Source: Eledone cirrhosa (lineage: Eukaryota). From it: a DNA stretch of 64,000 nucleotides. The notes beneath the pieces are model-generated. The model saw only the letters and a list, made by a program, of their open reading frames with translations. It searched no databases and was not told where the DNA came from. Both the position numbers and the translations under genes were made by a program. Positions 14,445 through 28,950 of the stretch are shown one piece after another (the first letter of the stretch is position 1; each line of letters opens with the position of its first letter). The stretch lies in contig OZ024748.1 in the NCBI GenBank assembly GCA_964016885.1, forward strand, positions 15,872,001-15,936,000. Direction: 5' to 3'.

Positions 14445-15115
14445 ATGGTTTCTGATTTAGGCACAAGACCAGCAATTTGGGGGGAGGGGAAAGTCGATTA
14501 AATTGACACCAGTGCATTACTAGTACTTTATTTTATTGACCACCATAAGGCTGAAAGGCAAAGTTAACCTCAGCGGGATTTTATCTCAGAACATAAAGGG
14601 CCGTAACTATGCTGCAAAGCATGGTGTTCAATGCTCTATCAATTCTGCCAACCCACTGCCCTCTGTAACTATAATTGTTTCTACTTTAGGCACAAGGCCA
14701 GCAAATACCCAGTACATTACTGGTACTTTATTTTAGTAATCCCGCCCTCTGTAACAATAATGATAATATAATGATGAAATAGTATTACATAAATCTCTCA
14801 AATAATAATGTTTCTACTTTTGGCACAAGGCCAGCAATTACCCAGTACATTACTGGTACTTTATTTTAGTAATCCCGCCCTCTGTAACAATAATGACAAT
14901 ATAATGATGAAATAGTATTACATAAATCTCTCAAATAATTATGTTTCTACTTTTGGCACAAGGCCAGTACATTACTGGTACTTCATTTTATCGACCCCAT
15001 AAGGATAAAAGGCAAAGTTAACCTCAATGAGATTTGAACTCAGGCCGTTAAGGGACGTAACTATGCTAGAAAGCATGGAATCCAACCCTCTACTGATACT
15101 GCCAATTCACTGCCC
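14445..15115 (-). mobile_element. Cluster of family A SINEs containing a ~132-bp tandem duplication
   Basis: ~14675-14806 is repeated at ~14807-14938; SINE motifs on the minus strand. Confidence 0.8.
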
Positions 15116-15676
15116 TCAAATAATTAAGTAAAATTGCCCACAAAAATATCTTTCAACTTTTATTTTTATGAGATAGATAATTGTTAAAGTTGACACCAAT
15201 ACTTGATTGATTTTCATTGCTGTTGCAGTTGAGTAGCCAAGTTTACCGATACAGTTTATCCCTTTCATGACAACATTTCTAATGAAATACAATCTATTTT
15301 AATTAATTAATGAAGAATTTTGAGGTATTTACTAAGATTATTAATTATTTCATTACTAACATAGTAAGTTAATGTAAGGCTCTTATGTAAAATTATACTG
15401 GGAGATAATTTAAGTAGGAAACCAATAAAATGGGTTTCATTTTATAGAACCAGAGCCAGGTTTGGTCGGGTTGCTGACTAAAGGATTATAGACATGTGAT
15501 ATGATGGTAACTAATCAATGCAATAAAGAAAAAAAATGTATTTTAATTTTAAACTATCTTGTTATTGTTGGTGTTTTTGTGTGGCTGGATCATAATAGGG
15601 CAGATAAGATGAAATATAAAGATAACATCGATGGGATATGAAGGTAGAGAGCCAGAACAAATTACAAAGGCATTTA

Positions 15677-15850
15677 ATAATTGTTTCTAGTTTTGGCACA
15701 AGGCCAGCAATTATCCAGTGCATTACTGGTACTTTATTTTATTGACCCCATAAGGATGAAAGGCAGGATTTGAACTCAGAATGTAAAGGGCCATAACCAT
15801 GCTACAAAGTATGTTGTCCGACGTTCTACCGATTTTGCCAATCCACCACA
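15677..15850 (-). mobile_element. Family A SINE with small internal deletion
   Basis: Core and boxes present. Confidence 0.8.
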
Positions 15851-15999
15851 TTTAATAATATGCATTAATAACTAAGCCAACCCATCTAAAACTGCCCCCT
15901 GGTTTTGTGGTACTAAGCTTTTATTTTTACTTGTTTATGTTTATCTAAAAAACATTCCTTCATAATTTATGTTAGAACCTTTTTTAAGTTATGAACCTT

Positions 16000-16245
16000 T
16001 GTTAAGTCTGTGTCAAGCCCAGGTTCATCAAGCTGGTGCTTATCCCGGTTTCCATGGCATGAAGTGACTTAGAGTACAAGAGTATACCCTGGACAGGACA
16101 CCAGTCGATCAAAGTGTTAAAACTCCAGCTAATACTGGTACTCATTTTCAGTGAAGTATACTGAAGCAACATGATATGAAGTCCTGGAATTGAATCCATG
16201 GCATTATGATCACAAGTCCAACACCCTTACCACTAGGCCACAAGC
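16000..16245 (-). mobile_element. Second tRNA-derived SINE family (family B, Meta-domain-like)
   Basis: Minus strand: A box GTGGCCTAGTGG, degenerate B box GATTCAATTCC, GACTGGTGTCCTGTCCAGGG, GGAAACCGGGATAAGC; homologue at 53510-53755. Confidence 0.65.
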
Positions 16246-16549
16246 CTCCAGACTAATCTTCCTCAATCTTGATTATTTTAAATATTTCAAAATTATAGGA
16301 AATGACTCATGAGAAATAAAGTAATAAAAGGGTTAATGACATGCTTCACTGTAAGGCAGCAAACAGGCAAAATCATGATTTAAGGATTCTCATTGAAAAA
16401 CAGTTTATGTTCTGGTTCACCATCTTGGATAATCTTTTAGAGAAATCTCCTAGTGGAAGAAAGACAGTAACTTATAGGCTTATCAAAACCCATACTTTTC
16501 ACTGGAAATAAATGATGTAACTACAATATTGGTAATAATTTCACAGAAG

Positions 16550-16589
<40 letters not shown>

Positions 16590-16898
16590 TATATTGATAT
16601 CTCTCTTTAGTAATAAAATATCCTCAAGTCAGTGTTATTTGTGAGTTAAGATCTTTTGTCTCAGAACAACAACAAAAAGAAAAGTTATGAAAATTATAGA
16701 ACTCTATAAATACCCACAAACAACAACATTATTCCTTTGAAAAATAAAGTTTATGTTTACTTAGCATTTCTGACAAAACGTGGCGAAAATCAAAGAAACA
16801 TTGGTGATTTGCTGAGAAAGAGGAAGAAAGTATTTGACCAAAATTCAAAGAAAACATCAGTTATCTGACTCTCCACACTATTGTAGAGAAAAAAAAGA

Positions 16899-16940
<42 letters not shown>

Positions 16941-17539
16941 ATATATATATAAAACAAACCATATAAAGTAAAGATAAAAAGATGTGCTGCAAAGACAATT
17001 TAGTGAAAATCTAATAACAAAAGATAGTAATTTTATTCTTGGCAAAAACATATTTCCTAATTTTGTCTGTCTTTTCAATGGCTGTTCATATTTCACCACA
17101 TTTGTGAAGAACATTTAATATATTTGACCAAGGCAAAAGGCAATATATAAATATAATAAACATATGTGTCTATTTGTGTACATATATGTATATATGTGTG
17201 TATATGTGTGTGTGTGTATGTGTGTATATATATAAATGTGTGTGTGTGTGTATGTATGTATATATATGTATGTGTATATATATATATATGTATGTATGTA
17301 TGTATGTATAAACACCTTCACAGAGAGAGTGAACAATAAAGAATTGTTGTGTCTAGTGATTCCATTCCAAAATCTATACATTACAGTTCACATAACACAG
17401 TACCATTGACAAGAATCTTACAAATATAATTAAGGCATTTCTTCAACATAAACCTCACATAAAAAAAAAAGAATCAACAATAACTTGATAGTTTTTTTTT
17501 TTCTTTATTCAAGCAATGAATACATTATTATTAGTCTTT

Positions 17540-18710
17540 TCAGCATAAAGTTATGGCCCTTTACGCTCTAAGTTCAAATCCCACTGAGGTTAGCTTTGCT
17601 TTCATCCTTTCAGGGTCGATAAAATAAAGTACCAGTCATGCATTGGGGTCGATTTAATCGACGTTCCCCTCCCCCAAAATTGGTGGCCTTGTGCCTATAT
17701 AAGAAACTATTATTATTAATCTTTTAACTGCCGAGGTTAGCTTTGCCTCTTATCCTTACTGTGTTGATAAAATAAAGTATCAGTAATGCACTGGGGTCTA
17801 CTCAATCGAGTTTCCTCTCTCCCAAAAATGTTTGAGCTTGTGCCTAAATTAGAAATCATTATCAAGGTGGTTTGCCAGTATTGGTAGTGTCGGACAATAT
17901 GTTTTGCAGCATAGAGTTACACCCGTTTACAGTCTGAGTTCAAATCCTACTGAAGTTAGCTTTGCCTTTCGTCCTTACTGAGTCAATAATATAAAGTACC
18001 AGTAACGCACTAGGGTAGATTTATTTGGCTTTCCTCTCTCCAAACAATTGTTGGCCTTATGCCTAAATCAAACCATTATTAATAGTCTTAATTTTATTGT
18101 GCGTTGTTACTGCATAACCGAGCACAGCTGTGTGTGCCTTGGGTATGTGCAGGGTTCTTTATGTGTTATTTCTATTTTATTGTGAGTACTCTTTGTAATG
18201 AGTGTGCAGCACCTAGTACCACTATGATTATTACTATTATTATTACTATTATTATAGTATAAGGGCAGTGGATTGGCAGTATCGGCAGAGGGTCGGACGC
18301 CATGCTTTGAAGCATAGAGTTACGGCCCTTGCCATTCTGAGTTCAATTCGCGCTGAGGTTAAATTTGCCTTTCATCCTTATGGGGTCGATAAAATAAAGT
18401 ACCAGTAATACACTGGGTGATTGCTGGCCTGGTGCCAAAAGTAGAAATTACTATTATTACTATTATTATTAATCATTACCATTTAGTTGCAACTCTTAAC
18501 ATTCTGAATTCAAATCAATCCATGGTCAATTTTGTCTTTCATTCTTCTCGATACATTCTGAATTATTATCCTGCCAAGGTTAGCTTTGCCTTTAATCCTT
18601 ATGGGTTTTATAAAATAAAGTACCAGTAATGAACTGGTGTCAATCTAATCGATTTTCCTCTCTCAAAAAATTGTTGGCCTTATGCCAAAATCAAAAACTA
18701 TTATTGTTAT
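17540..18710 (+). mobile_element. Cluster of about five family A SINE copies of different ages (best copy 18262-18460)
   Basis: Repeated core GCCTTTCATCC...GATAAAATAAAGTACCAG and ATT tails. Confidence 0.8.
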
Positions 18711-18972
18711 TAGAATTATTATTAGTGATGGTATTAGTAGTATTAGTAGTAGCAGCAGCAGCAGCAGCAGCATTAGCAATAGTAACAGTAGTTCTATTTA
18801 TTTGTCTTTGATGGTGAATCAAGTTGCCACCCAGCTCCAGCAAGATATTTGCCAAATATTCAAAACAGATATTTTCCAAAATAGATAAAGGATTATAGGC
18901 AAATTTGTTGTTTGTAATTTAGTGACCACAATGGCTGTAATATATTGCATGGTTGAATAATTTAATACATTT

Positions 18973-19003
<31 letters not shown>

Positions 19004-19237
19004 GAGAGAGAGAGAGAAAAATTTACAGAGGTGCACCCACATAGACACATATATACAGACACACACACACACACACACAAATATAAAAGATCGCTGTGCA
19101 TATTGAATACATGTATGTATGTATGGAAATACACACACATTGATATATATATGCATACAAATATATCTGCGATCTAACTTACTCGGTCCTCAATGTTGCC
19201 ATTGACTGACCGGCGGTCAAAAATAATTCATCGCCGC

Positions 19238-19590
<353 letters not shown>

Positions 19591-20439
19591 AGTATGTAGT
19601 AAGTTTATAATGGCTTGAAATTCAACAATTAACGATGGTTTTAACTGATGGTTTTTACACAAGTTACGATAAATAATCTAACCATTTCTTTGTTCTCAGC
19701 TCTTTATACTGCTTCAAAAAGATTACAAATATCGTGATGGTTGAATGGTTAAGAGGTTTCCTATGCAAATATGAGGACCCAGGTTCTGTCCCACTGCATA
19801 GTATCCTAGGCAAGGGTTGTATTTTCATTTACTGAGGCCGTAAGCTATATGAAATTCAAGGCCCTTCCCTAAAACAATTTGGGTAAAAAAAATTTTTTAT
19901 AATTATTTTTTACTCTTACTCTATAATGTGTTCCAACAGACAGGCTGAGGCCATGCCGGGGCACCGCCATTATACATAATTTGTTTTCTTTAATATTAAT
20001 GTTAAAAAGAAAATTATATATATGTATATTTATGTATATATACAATTTTTGATTTAGTGTTAAAGAATATGAAGTAATGATAAAATAAAAATATATCTTG
20101 TTTTAAATATGGCCCCTGAGGGTGTGTGGTGATAAGATGTAGCTTCTAAGTCCAGTACTGATTGTAGGAAAGGATCATTTACAATAGCTCAGAGTTACCC
20201 AAACCTTTGTGAGTGAAACTGGATAGAAGAAATTTTTGTGAAAATCCATTGGGAGGATTGTACCTATAATTCAAGAATACAGCATTGTCATAATGTATCA
20301 CAGATTCCATTTGGGAAGTATGTTAAATATATACCTGTCTGTGGAATACTCAGCCACATTGCATGCTAATTCAATGAATATGTCGGTCAATCAATTGAAC
20401 AACTGGACACTCATACATCGTTTTCGACAGGAGAAGCCT

Positions 20440-20755
20440 TCATCATCATCACCGTTTTACATCCATTCTTCCACGCTAGCATGGGTTAGATGGGTTGTAC
20501 TGTTGTGGGCAGTCTCCGGTCAGCTGACCCTGTCTTGCTCATATGAGAACTGATTTTGGCTTGATTTATACAGCTGGATGCCCTTCCTAACACCAACCTC
20601 ATTTACAGTGAGTGCTGGGTGCTTTTTTTGCTGTGGCACCGCCACGACCACTTTGTAGTGGAATGATAGCGACCCCAGTCCTATCATCTCATTTCTACAG
20701 CTGAGTAAACTGGAGTAATGTTAAATAAAGTTTCTTGCTCAAGGAAACAACACAC
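20440..20755 (-). mobile_element. RTE 3'UTR fragment joined to a SINE-like fragment
   Basis: The same composite junction recurs at 49920-50155. Confidence 0.7.
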
Positions 20756-21514
20756 AGAATTATATTTGGCCTTAACATATAAATAACAAAAAATGATTTA
20801 CTGCTTAGGAAGTTAACAAGGATACTAAATTGGTGCTTAGGTCAATAGAGGCAGATATTTTTTTTTTTGGTAAACAAACATCTAAAGTTTTTGAATTTTT
20901 CACAATATTATAAAAATAACAGAAATTGTTTAGATAAATTGCTTAGACAAAAGTATTTGTTTTCCCAATGGGAATATATCTATCAACACATGAATCTCTT
21001 ATCTTCTACTCCACACTGACCAAAGTCTAGAGATCAATGCTTTACGATCACAATATAAAATTATGTATCCAAATTCATCAATGTTATTCTGTCTTCTAAC
21101 AAACTGTTTTTTCCTTCCTTTGTTTTACATTCTATTAACTATGTTTATAACATTAGTCGAAAAAGTTACAAAGATCCCAAGATTTCAAACTCTTTTAGTA
21201 GAATGTATTAATTTTTCTGAAAAACAGATAGATCTTCCACTAACTAATCCAAACACAACATCAAAAGCAATTTATCTTCTCAGTGTACATTTTGTGTATT
21301 CTCTGAGTAATAGTTTATGTCATTATGTATCAAAAATATACTTACACACGTTTGTTTAACTTCATTACCATATTTCCCATGAAAAACAACTGTCTCTGAT
21401 TTTCAAATAGTTTTGAAAATATGCAGGAATTGTGAAGGATTTTTTTCATTTTAACCCTCTGATACCAAACCATTTGAGACTGCCACTGCTTTGACGATAC
21501 AAAGCAGTTTATCT

Positions 21515-21731
21515 TTAACCCTTTAATGTTCAAACCGGCCAAAACCGGCCAGAATTCTCTACCTCTTTCTGTTGAAACAGGCTGCTCATACTGATGTTAA
21601 GGTATTGTTCTCAAAATAAATACTTTCAAAATCTCATAGATTCGATATTATACAAGATATTATGTGAGGTAAAGCCTTTACCATGAAAATATAATTGTAT
21701 ATATAGAATAATGTGAATGCTAAAGGGTTAA
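21515..21731 (+). mobile_element. TTAA-flanked piggyBac-like MITE (family M)
   Basis: TTAA-CCCTTTA...TAAAGGG-TTAA termini. Confidence 0.75.
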
Positions 21732-21924
21732 ATGTTCATATTTATCTAAAAAAAACTTCCATCAAAATTTCATGTATGAACCTTAATATTCCAAACAAGA
21801 TTTTTTTGGTGAAAGCTGTAGTACTAATTCCTTGTCAATTCTGGATTATTTTCAAAGTTGTTTGAAAATTGTAAATACTATATTTATTTCGAAGAGGACA
21901 AAAATACTTTAAAGATAACAACGA

Positions 21925-22215
21925 AACTTGCCTTTCATCCTTACGGGGGTCGATAAAATAAAACTACCAGTAATGCACTGGGTAATTGCTGGCCTTGTGC
22001 CAAAAGTAGAAACAATTATATAATGACAAAGGTGGATTGGCAGTATTGGTAGAGGGTTGGACACCATGCTTTGCTGCAGTTACGTCCCTTTACGGACTGA
22101 GTTCAAATCCCGCCGAGGTTAACTTTGCCTTTCATCATTAGGGGGTCAATAAAATAAAGTACCAGCAATGTACTGCGTAATTGCTGGCCTTGTGCCAAAA
22201 GTAGAAACAATTATA
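21925..22215 (+). mobile_element. Two family A SINEs; the second inserted at the tail of the first
   Basis: TSD AATTATATAATGACAA at 22014-22029 and 22209-22224. Confidence 0.85.
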
Positions 22216-22299
22216 TAATGACAACAGCACAGTAGAATATGATGTGATTATTTCATTCTACAATGAATTAGAATGTCAATATAAAGGAAGAGTCAAACT

Positions 22300-23070
22300 T
22301 TAATGGATGGGTGTAGTTAAGGTGCATGAACAAAGCATGGACGAACTGAGAAAAAGAAAACTGGGTATGAGAGGAATAAAATTAAGTGAGCATGTTTGAT
22401 GGATGTGCAATGTTAATGTACATGGACAATGAAGCATGGATGAACTGAAAGAAAAACTGAGTAGAAGAAGAATCAGATGTAGTATGCAAGAGAGAAGACA
22501 GTGCTGGTATTGATGTGATGTATTTGGATGATGGTTATTGGGTAAAAATATGGGGTCTAGGAAGAATTATGTAGTCTGCAAGAGTGAAGACTGTGCTGGT
22601 TTCGACATGTGATTTATTTGATTGATGATCATTGGGTAAAGACATCAAATGAGTTCTGAGTGAAAGAAAGCTACTGTAGAGGAAGACCAAGGAAAACCTT
22701 GGTAGAACCTGACAATGATGAGGAAACATTGGGTGGCGGGCGACTGCATTAAAGGAAGACCTTGACAGAAGTGATGAGAGAGGACCTCAAATCACTGAAC
22801 CTGATAATAATGATGGAACACATTGGGTGGAGGCAGACTATAGTAGAGGAAGACCTTGGCAGAAGTGATGAGAGAGAGGATCTCAAATCACTGAAATTGA
22901 CAATGATGATGAAACACACTGAGTGGAGGGAGACTGCAGTAGGGGAAGACCAAGGAAGACCTGGGCAGAAGTGGTGAGAGAGGACCTCAAATCACTGAAA
23001 TTGACAATGATGATAATGGAACACAAATGAAAGGAAGCTGTGATTGAGAAAACTGAGAAAACCTGGCAAA
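22300..23070 (+). mobile_element. Degenerate RTE 3' region with internal ~90-100-bp tandem amplification
   Basis: GGAAGACC..GGCAGAAGTGATGAGAGAGGACCTCAAATCACTGAA repeated 3 times; derived from the GRPRKTW.EV..EDL segment. Confidence 0.65.
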
Positions 23071-23764
23071 CATTTGTAAACATGGAAAATATGGACATAC
23101 AATATAATGAATTGTGATATACATACATACACATATATATATACAAACACACACAAACACATACATATATACATATATATACATATGTGTGTGTGTGTTT
23201 GTGTACATATAAGAGAGAGATAAAGAGAGAGAGAGAAGGATAGAGAAAGAGAGAGAAAGATAAAGAGAGATAAAGAGAGACAAATTTTGTCTGGTCCTGG
23301 TATTATATAAACCAAAAGGTTAAAATGAATGGTTTAAATAATACTGTAGATGTAGAAATAATTAGATTAGTAAATTGTCCATTATTCTATGGCAAATAAT
23401 GGTAGAACTATGTAATTTACAGAACTACTAGAGGGATGGACCATTTCCTGTCTGAAAGATAATTTTAGACTTGATTTTATTGAAAACTTGCAGAGAAAAT
23501 TCCAATGTGAAACCAATTTATTTAGATTGCAGTGAACCAATAAACAAAATTCAAAGATCTGTATATTCTTTTATCTTTTTCCAAATTTATGAGGGAAAAT
23601 TTCCGCCATCTAAAGAATTCGAAATTTGATTTAAAACTTATCCTTGCAAATATCAATATTAGTTAACTAAAATAAAAGCTACATTTTACATATATATACA
23701 TACATATACATACATATATACACACACACACACACACATTCACACACATTCATATACATACATG

Positions 23765-23808
<44 letters not shown>

Positions 23809-23821
23809 TATACATACACAC

Positions 23822-23894
<73 letters not shown>

Positions 23895-24137
23895 TATAGA
23901 ATGAGAGGGGGAGAGAGAAAAGGGGATAGATAGATTTATAGATATACAGCTTGAAAAAGTACTCAAATATATGTTTGGCTGAGTTTGCCAACTTAGTATT
24001 GTATAGAAATGGTATAGGGATATTTTTTTGGAAGATTGCCACTGCCAAAGAAAAGGAATATAATTCTAAGAAATCATGACTTAGTTGGAAATAAAAGCAG
24101 AATCAACACACTAAGATAATGCAGAAACAATATATAT

Positions 24138-24139
<2 letters not shown>

Positions 24140-24200
<61 letters not shown>

Positions 24201-24672
24201 CTATACACACCCATATATATAGATATACACACACACACCTATATACATATATATATACATACACACACACACCCATATATATATATCCACACACCCATAT
24301 ACATATATATATAGATACACACACACACCCATATATATATCCACACAACCCATATACATATATATATATAGATACACACACACACCCATATATATGTCCA
24401 CACAACCCATATACATATATATACACATACACACACACACATATATACATATGCATACAGCCATATATATATATATGTATTCACACACATACACACACAT
24501 ATATACATATGTATACACCCATATATATATATGTATACACACACACACACACACACATATATACATATGCATACACCCATATATATATATGTATACACAC
24601 ATATATACATATGTATACACCCATATATATATATATATGTATACACACAGATACACTCACATATATATATAT
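24140..24672. repeat. Compound TA/CA satellite with CACCCAT anchors
   Basis: Directly visible. Confidence 0.85.
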
Positions 24673-24949
24673 AACAGGGAAAAAAAGAAAAAGGGAAGAG
24701 CTGTACCACTTGAAAACTATTGATCTACTACATAGAACAATTAGCTCCTAAGCTGGCATGACTATAAAGCATTTTTCTTTTTCAAACAGCTTCTGAAGGT
24801 TTTCAGGGGAAATATGCAGTATATGATCATGGAAGCCAACATAAACATAGATACAATTATTACAGAAGGAACACTAAGGCAACAGCTTGTTGCTACTCTC
24901 TCTCCCTTCTTATATATCTTGCTTGCCATATATCTATATATCTTGCTTC

Positions 24950-25036
<87 letters not shown>

Positions 25037-25899
25037 GCAAACATCACGGACGCTCTATCTCAGAATTATTTTTGAAAAGCATTAGAAATGCGCAACCGGT
25101 AAAACTTAAAACCAAAACTGCATACTAACCAATACTATTACTAATTCTCACTTATTCCTAATTAAACTATTTTTCACTGTGAACAATTTGTCAGCATTTT
25201 CTTTTCCATTTACCAATATATATATATATTTTGTTATGTATCTCTCTATATATATATATCTTGCTATGTTTATCTCTCTCTCTATGCATCCATCTATCTA
25301 TCTAGCTATGTATTTATCTATCTATCTTGCTATGTATTTATCTAACTATCTATCACTGTGTCTTTCTATCTATCTATCTATCTAGCCATGTATCTATCTC
25401 TATATCACTTTTTTGTTTTGTATGTGTGTGTGTGTGTTTATTTCGTTTTTCTCCAGCATCGTCTTTCAATAAGAATAAATAAACGCTTTCCCTTTCCAAA
25501 TTATCTCCAATATATAGAGACATAATTTATACTTACTTTTTTATTCTTTACTGGTTCCAGTCATTAGCCTGTAGCCATTCTGGGGCACCACCTTTGTGGG
25601 ATTCAGTGAACCATATCGAGCTCAGTTTATTTTTTATTTAGTTACCATTTTATTCTATTAACCCTTTTATTACTATATTTCTAATGAACTACACTGTTTA
25701 TCATTTTCAATCTATCATTTTGAAAATAATCAAAAATTTGGAGGGATTACTAATGTAATTAACTTTCTCATTATAAAGCTTCAATTTTTAATAGGATGTA
25801 GTCATAGTGTTTCTTTGTACTTTTCAGAAATATTTTGCTGATGCAGTTTCATGATTGGTTAATTCAAGTGTTTATCCATTGCCCATAGTTGAGACAGCA

Positions 25900-26250
25900 A
25901 GTATAACTTCACACCAACTGCCTTTGTTTCTCATCAAGGTTTGTAAGTCTTCCTTGTCAATTCCAGGCTCTCTTGCTATGATAACCTGATATCTGAGCTT
26001 TCTGGTGGAATAGACCTCAACAACAGGAGATCAAGTCTAAAAGCATCTCATCTTTTGCATGGAAGCAGTGACCAGGAAACCTTGTACAATGTCCAATCAA
26101 TCGTGCACTCACTTTGGGTACTTTTCTATATATCAGATTAAGCATGGGATAGATCTGCCAAAGAATATTTTGAAATTTCTCAGAAAGGTAATGTAACAGC
26201 CATCTAAAAGGCTCTGTAGACAAGAGTGTAACCATAGCGAAGGATAAGCT
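25900..26250 (-). pseudogene. Degenerate RTE-type LINE ORF2 C-terminus (different family from the 33-kb copy)
   Basis: Frame pieces TRFPGHCFHAKDEMLLDL and IIAREPGIDKEDLQTLMRNK resemble RTE C-terminal motifs (RFAGHC...D.G...DL...M.NR). Confidence 0.6.
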
Positions 26251-27268
26251 CCAGTGTCCTTGTAAACAAAATTGTTTGCTGTATCTTTACTAGTGGACAG
26301 ATTGTTGTGAAAAAGTGCAGTATTAGAGTACAAACTTCCATTATTCTATGTGATACAGTCATGGAGCTCCTTTGTACTTTTCAAGAACATATTGCTAATG
26401 CAGTTTCATGTGATTTCAAACTCCTAAGAATTAAAAGCCAAAATAAGAATACTGAATGAATGTATTCTGCAGAACAATAGAAGTACAGCAATGATGATGT
26501 TGATGATGATAATGGTCAAAATAATGGTTTAAAAATTTAAATAATCTAACAAATGTCCATAAAAAATCAGTAACAATGACAAATTGACAAATTTGAACCT
26601 ATCCTTACTCTTTCTATGGTATACTTAGGCAAGGCACATTATTCTGCTGGCTGCAATTTGCCTAGCTAAATATATAAGTGCTACTAATGCTTCACAGTTG
26701 AATTATTAAGAATATTAAGAAAGTCATTCAACTGTAAAAAAAATCGTGTGTTCCAATCAAAATTTTTATCAAAAAATTTTTCTGAATCTCTTATTTTTTC
26801 ATAGAAAATTTTTAGTAAGCAAAAATAATATCTTGAAAATTGTAATTAGCATTTATGGAAATAAGACTTTCCTCGTTTAGTAATATATAAAATTTGAAAT
26901 AACTACAAAACCAGAAATGAGAAAGATGATGATAAAGATAAGTTTTTTTCTTTTAAGAATTTGAATGAAAAACATGAACAAAACCTAAATATACATAGGA
27001 AAGTGGAAGAAGAGAGGGAAGAAAACAGAAGGAAAATCATATATAAATATATAAAAGAATGAAAGACAAAGGGTGAACAGATAAAGGAATAAACAGAAAA
27101 TAAAAAGGGATATAAACTTAAAGAGAGGATGGATTACTGGAAAATTGTTTTAAAAGGTGAGTGAACTTTATAGACTGTTAAATCAGTACGTTTTAATAAT
27201 GTCTATAAAAGGAATTTAGTGAGAAAGTGTGCTAGAGGAAAGTAAGCCATCATGAAGTTAGAATAACT

Positions 27269-27400
27269 GTTTCTACTTTAGGCACAAGGCCAGCACATAC
27301 CCAGTGCATTACTGGTACTTTATTTTATCGACCCCGTAAGGATGAAAGGCAAAGTCAACCTCGGCGGGATTTGAACTCAGATCGTAAAGGGACGTAACTA
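27269..27400 (-). mobile_element. 5'-truncated family A SINE with 18-bp TSD
   Basis: CATGAAGTTA(G/A)AATAACT at 27251-27268 and 27402-27419. Confidence 0.9.
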
Positions 27401-27462
27401 TCATGAAGTTAAAATAACTCAAACAATTAATAAAAGATAGGAAACCTTATTATTACTATTAT

Positions 27463-28515
27463 GGTCTGAGTTCAAATCCCGCCGAGGTTAACTTTGCCTT
27501 TCATCCTTACGGGGTCGAAAAAAATAAAGTACCAGTAATACACTGGGATAATTGCTGGCCTTGTGCCAAAAGTAGAAACAATTATTACTATTAGTATTTT
27601 GTTATATATTTTTTATAATTTTTCATTGTTAATTGTTTTTGTTATTGTGTATTTTTTACTTAATTTTATTGTACCCCCCCCCCCCACACCGCTGTCCCTG
27701 TCTTTGTATTGTCTCCAATACGTCAGCCCTTGTGGCCAATAAATGAAACCATTATTATTATTATTATATAGGGCAGTGGATTGGCAGTATCGGTAGGGGT
27801 TTGGACACCATGCTTTGCAGCATAGAGTTACGGGCCTTTATGATCTGAGTTCAAATCTTACTGAGGTTAACTTTGCCTTTCATCCTTATGGGGTCGATAA
27901 AATAAACTACCAGTCATGCACTGGGGTCGATTTAATAAACTTTCCCCTCCCCCAAAATTGCTGGCTTTGGGCCTATTTAAGAACCAATTATTATTATGAG
28001 GTTGACTTTGCCTTTCATCCTTACGGGGTCGATAAAATAAAGTACCAGTAATGCACTGGGAAATTGCTGGCCTTGTTCCTAAAGTAGAAACAATTATTAT
28101 TATAGAGGGCGGTGAATTGGCAGTATCGGTAGAGGGTCGAACGCCATGCTTTGACGCATAGAGTTACGGCCCTTGCCATTCTGAGTTCAAATCCCGCTGA
28201 GGTTAACTTTGCCTTTCATCCTTACAGGGTTGATAAAATAAAGTACCAGTAATGTACTGGATGATTGCTGGCCTTGTGCCTAAAGTAGAAACCATTATTA
28301 TTATAGAGGGCGGTGGATTGGCAGTATCGGTAGAGCATCAGACATCATGCTTTGCAGCATAGAGTTATGGACCTTTACGTTCTGGGTTCAAATCCTGAGG
28401 TTAGCTCTGCTTTTCATCCTAACAGGGGTTCGATAAAATAAAGAACGGGGGTCGATTTAATTCACTTTCCTCTTTTCCCCCAAGTTGCTGGCCTTGTGAC
28501 AATGTTTGAACAGAT
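27463..28515 (+). mobile_element. Head-to-tail array of five family A SINEs plus an L1/Tx1-like 3' tail fragment (~27690-27750)
   Basis: Copies start at ~27463, 27771, 27998, 28107, 28308; CAGCCCTTGTGGCCAATAAA matches the reverse complement of ~62589-62610. Confidence 0.85.
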
Positions 28516-28909
28516 TATTGTTATTGTTGTTATTGTTATTATTGTTATTGTTGTTACTATTATTGTTATTATTATTATCAACCCTTGTGGTTAATAAAGC
28601 ATTATTATTATTATTTCATTGTTCTATTATTACAACCTCTGATTTTTTTTGTTTTTTACACGCAGAAATGCCCATTTGTACTGTCCTGTACTGTCCTTAA
28701 TGTCTACTTTGTGTAAACCCTTGTGGTTAATAAAGAAAGCATTATTATTATCATTATTATTACAAATTATAATTATATATTACCACCCAGATCATGTTAG
28801 TGTGATGGGAATGAGTGGGAGAGAGCAAGGGAGACAGAAAGAGTAAGAGAGAGGAATGATGAAAGAGGGGCAAGAACAAGAGAGGTAGAAAGAGAGAGAA
28901 AGGCAGAAA

Positions 28910-28913
28910 GATG

Positions 28914-28950
<37 letters not shown>

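Noticed and set aside
15247-15280. Small minus-strand exon candidate (KCCHERDKLY)
   Set aside because: Part of a dispersed repeat also seen at ~41670 and ~51560.
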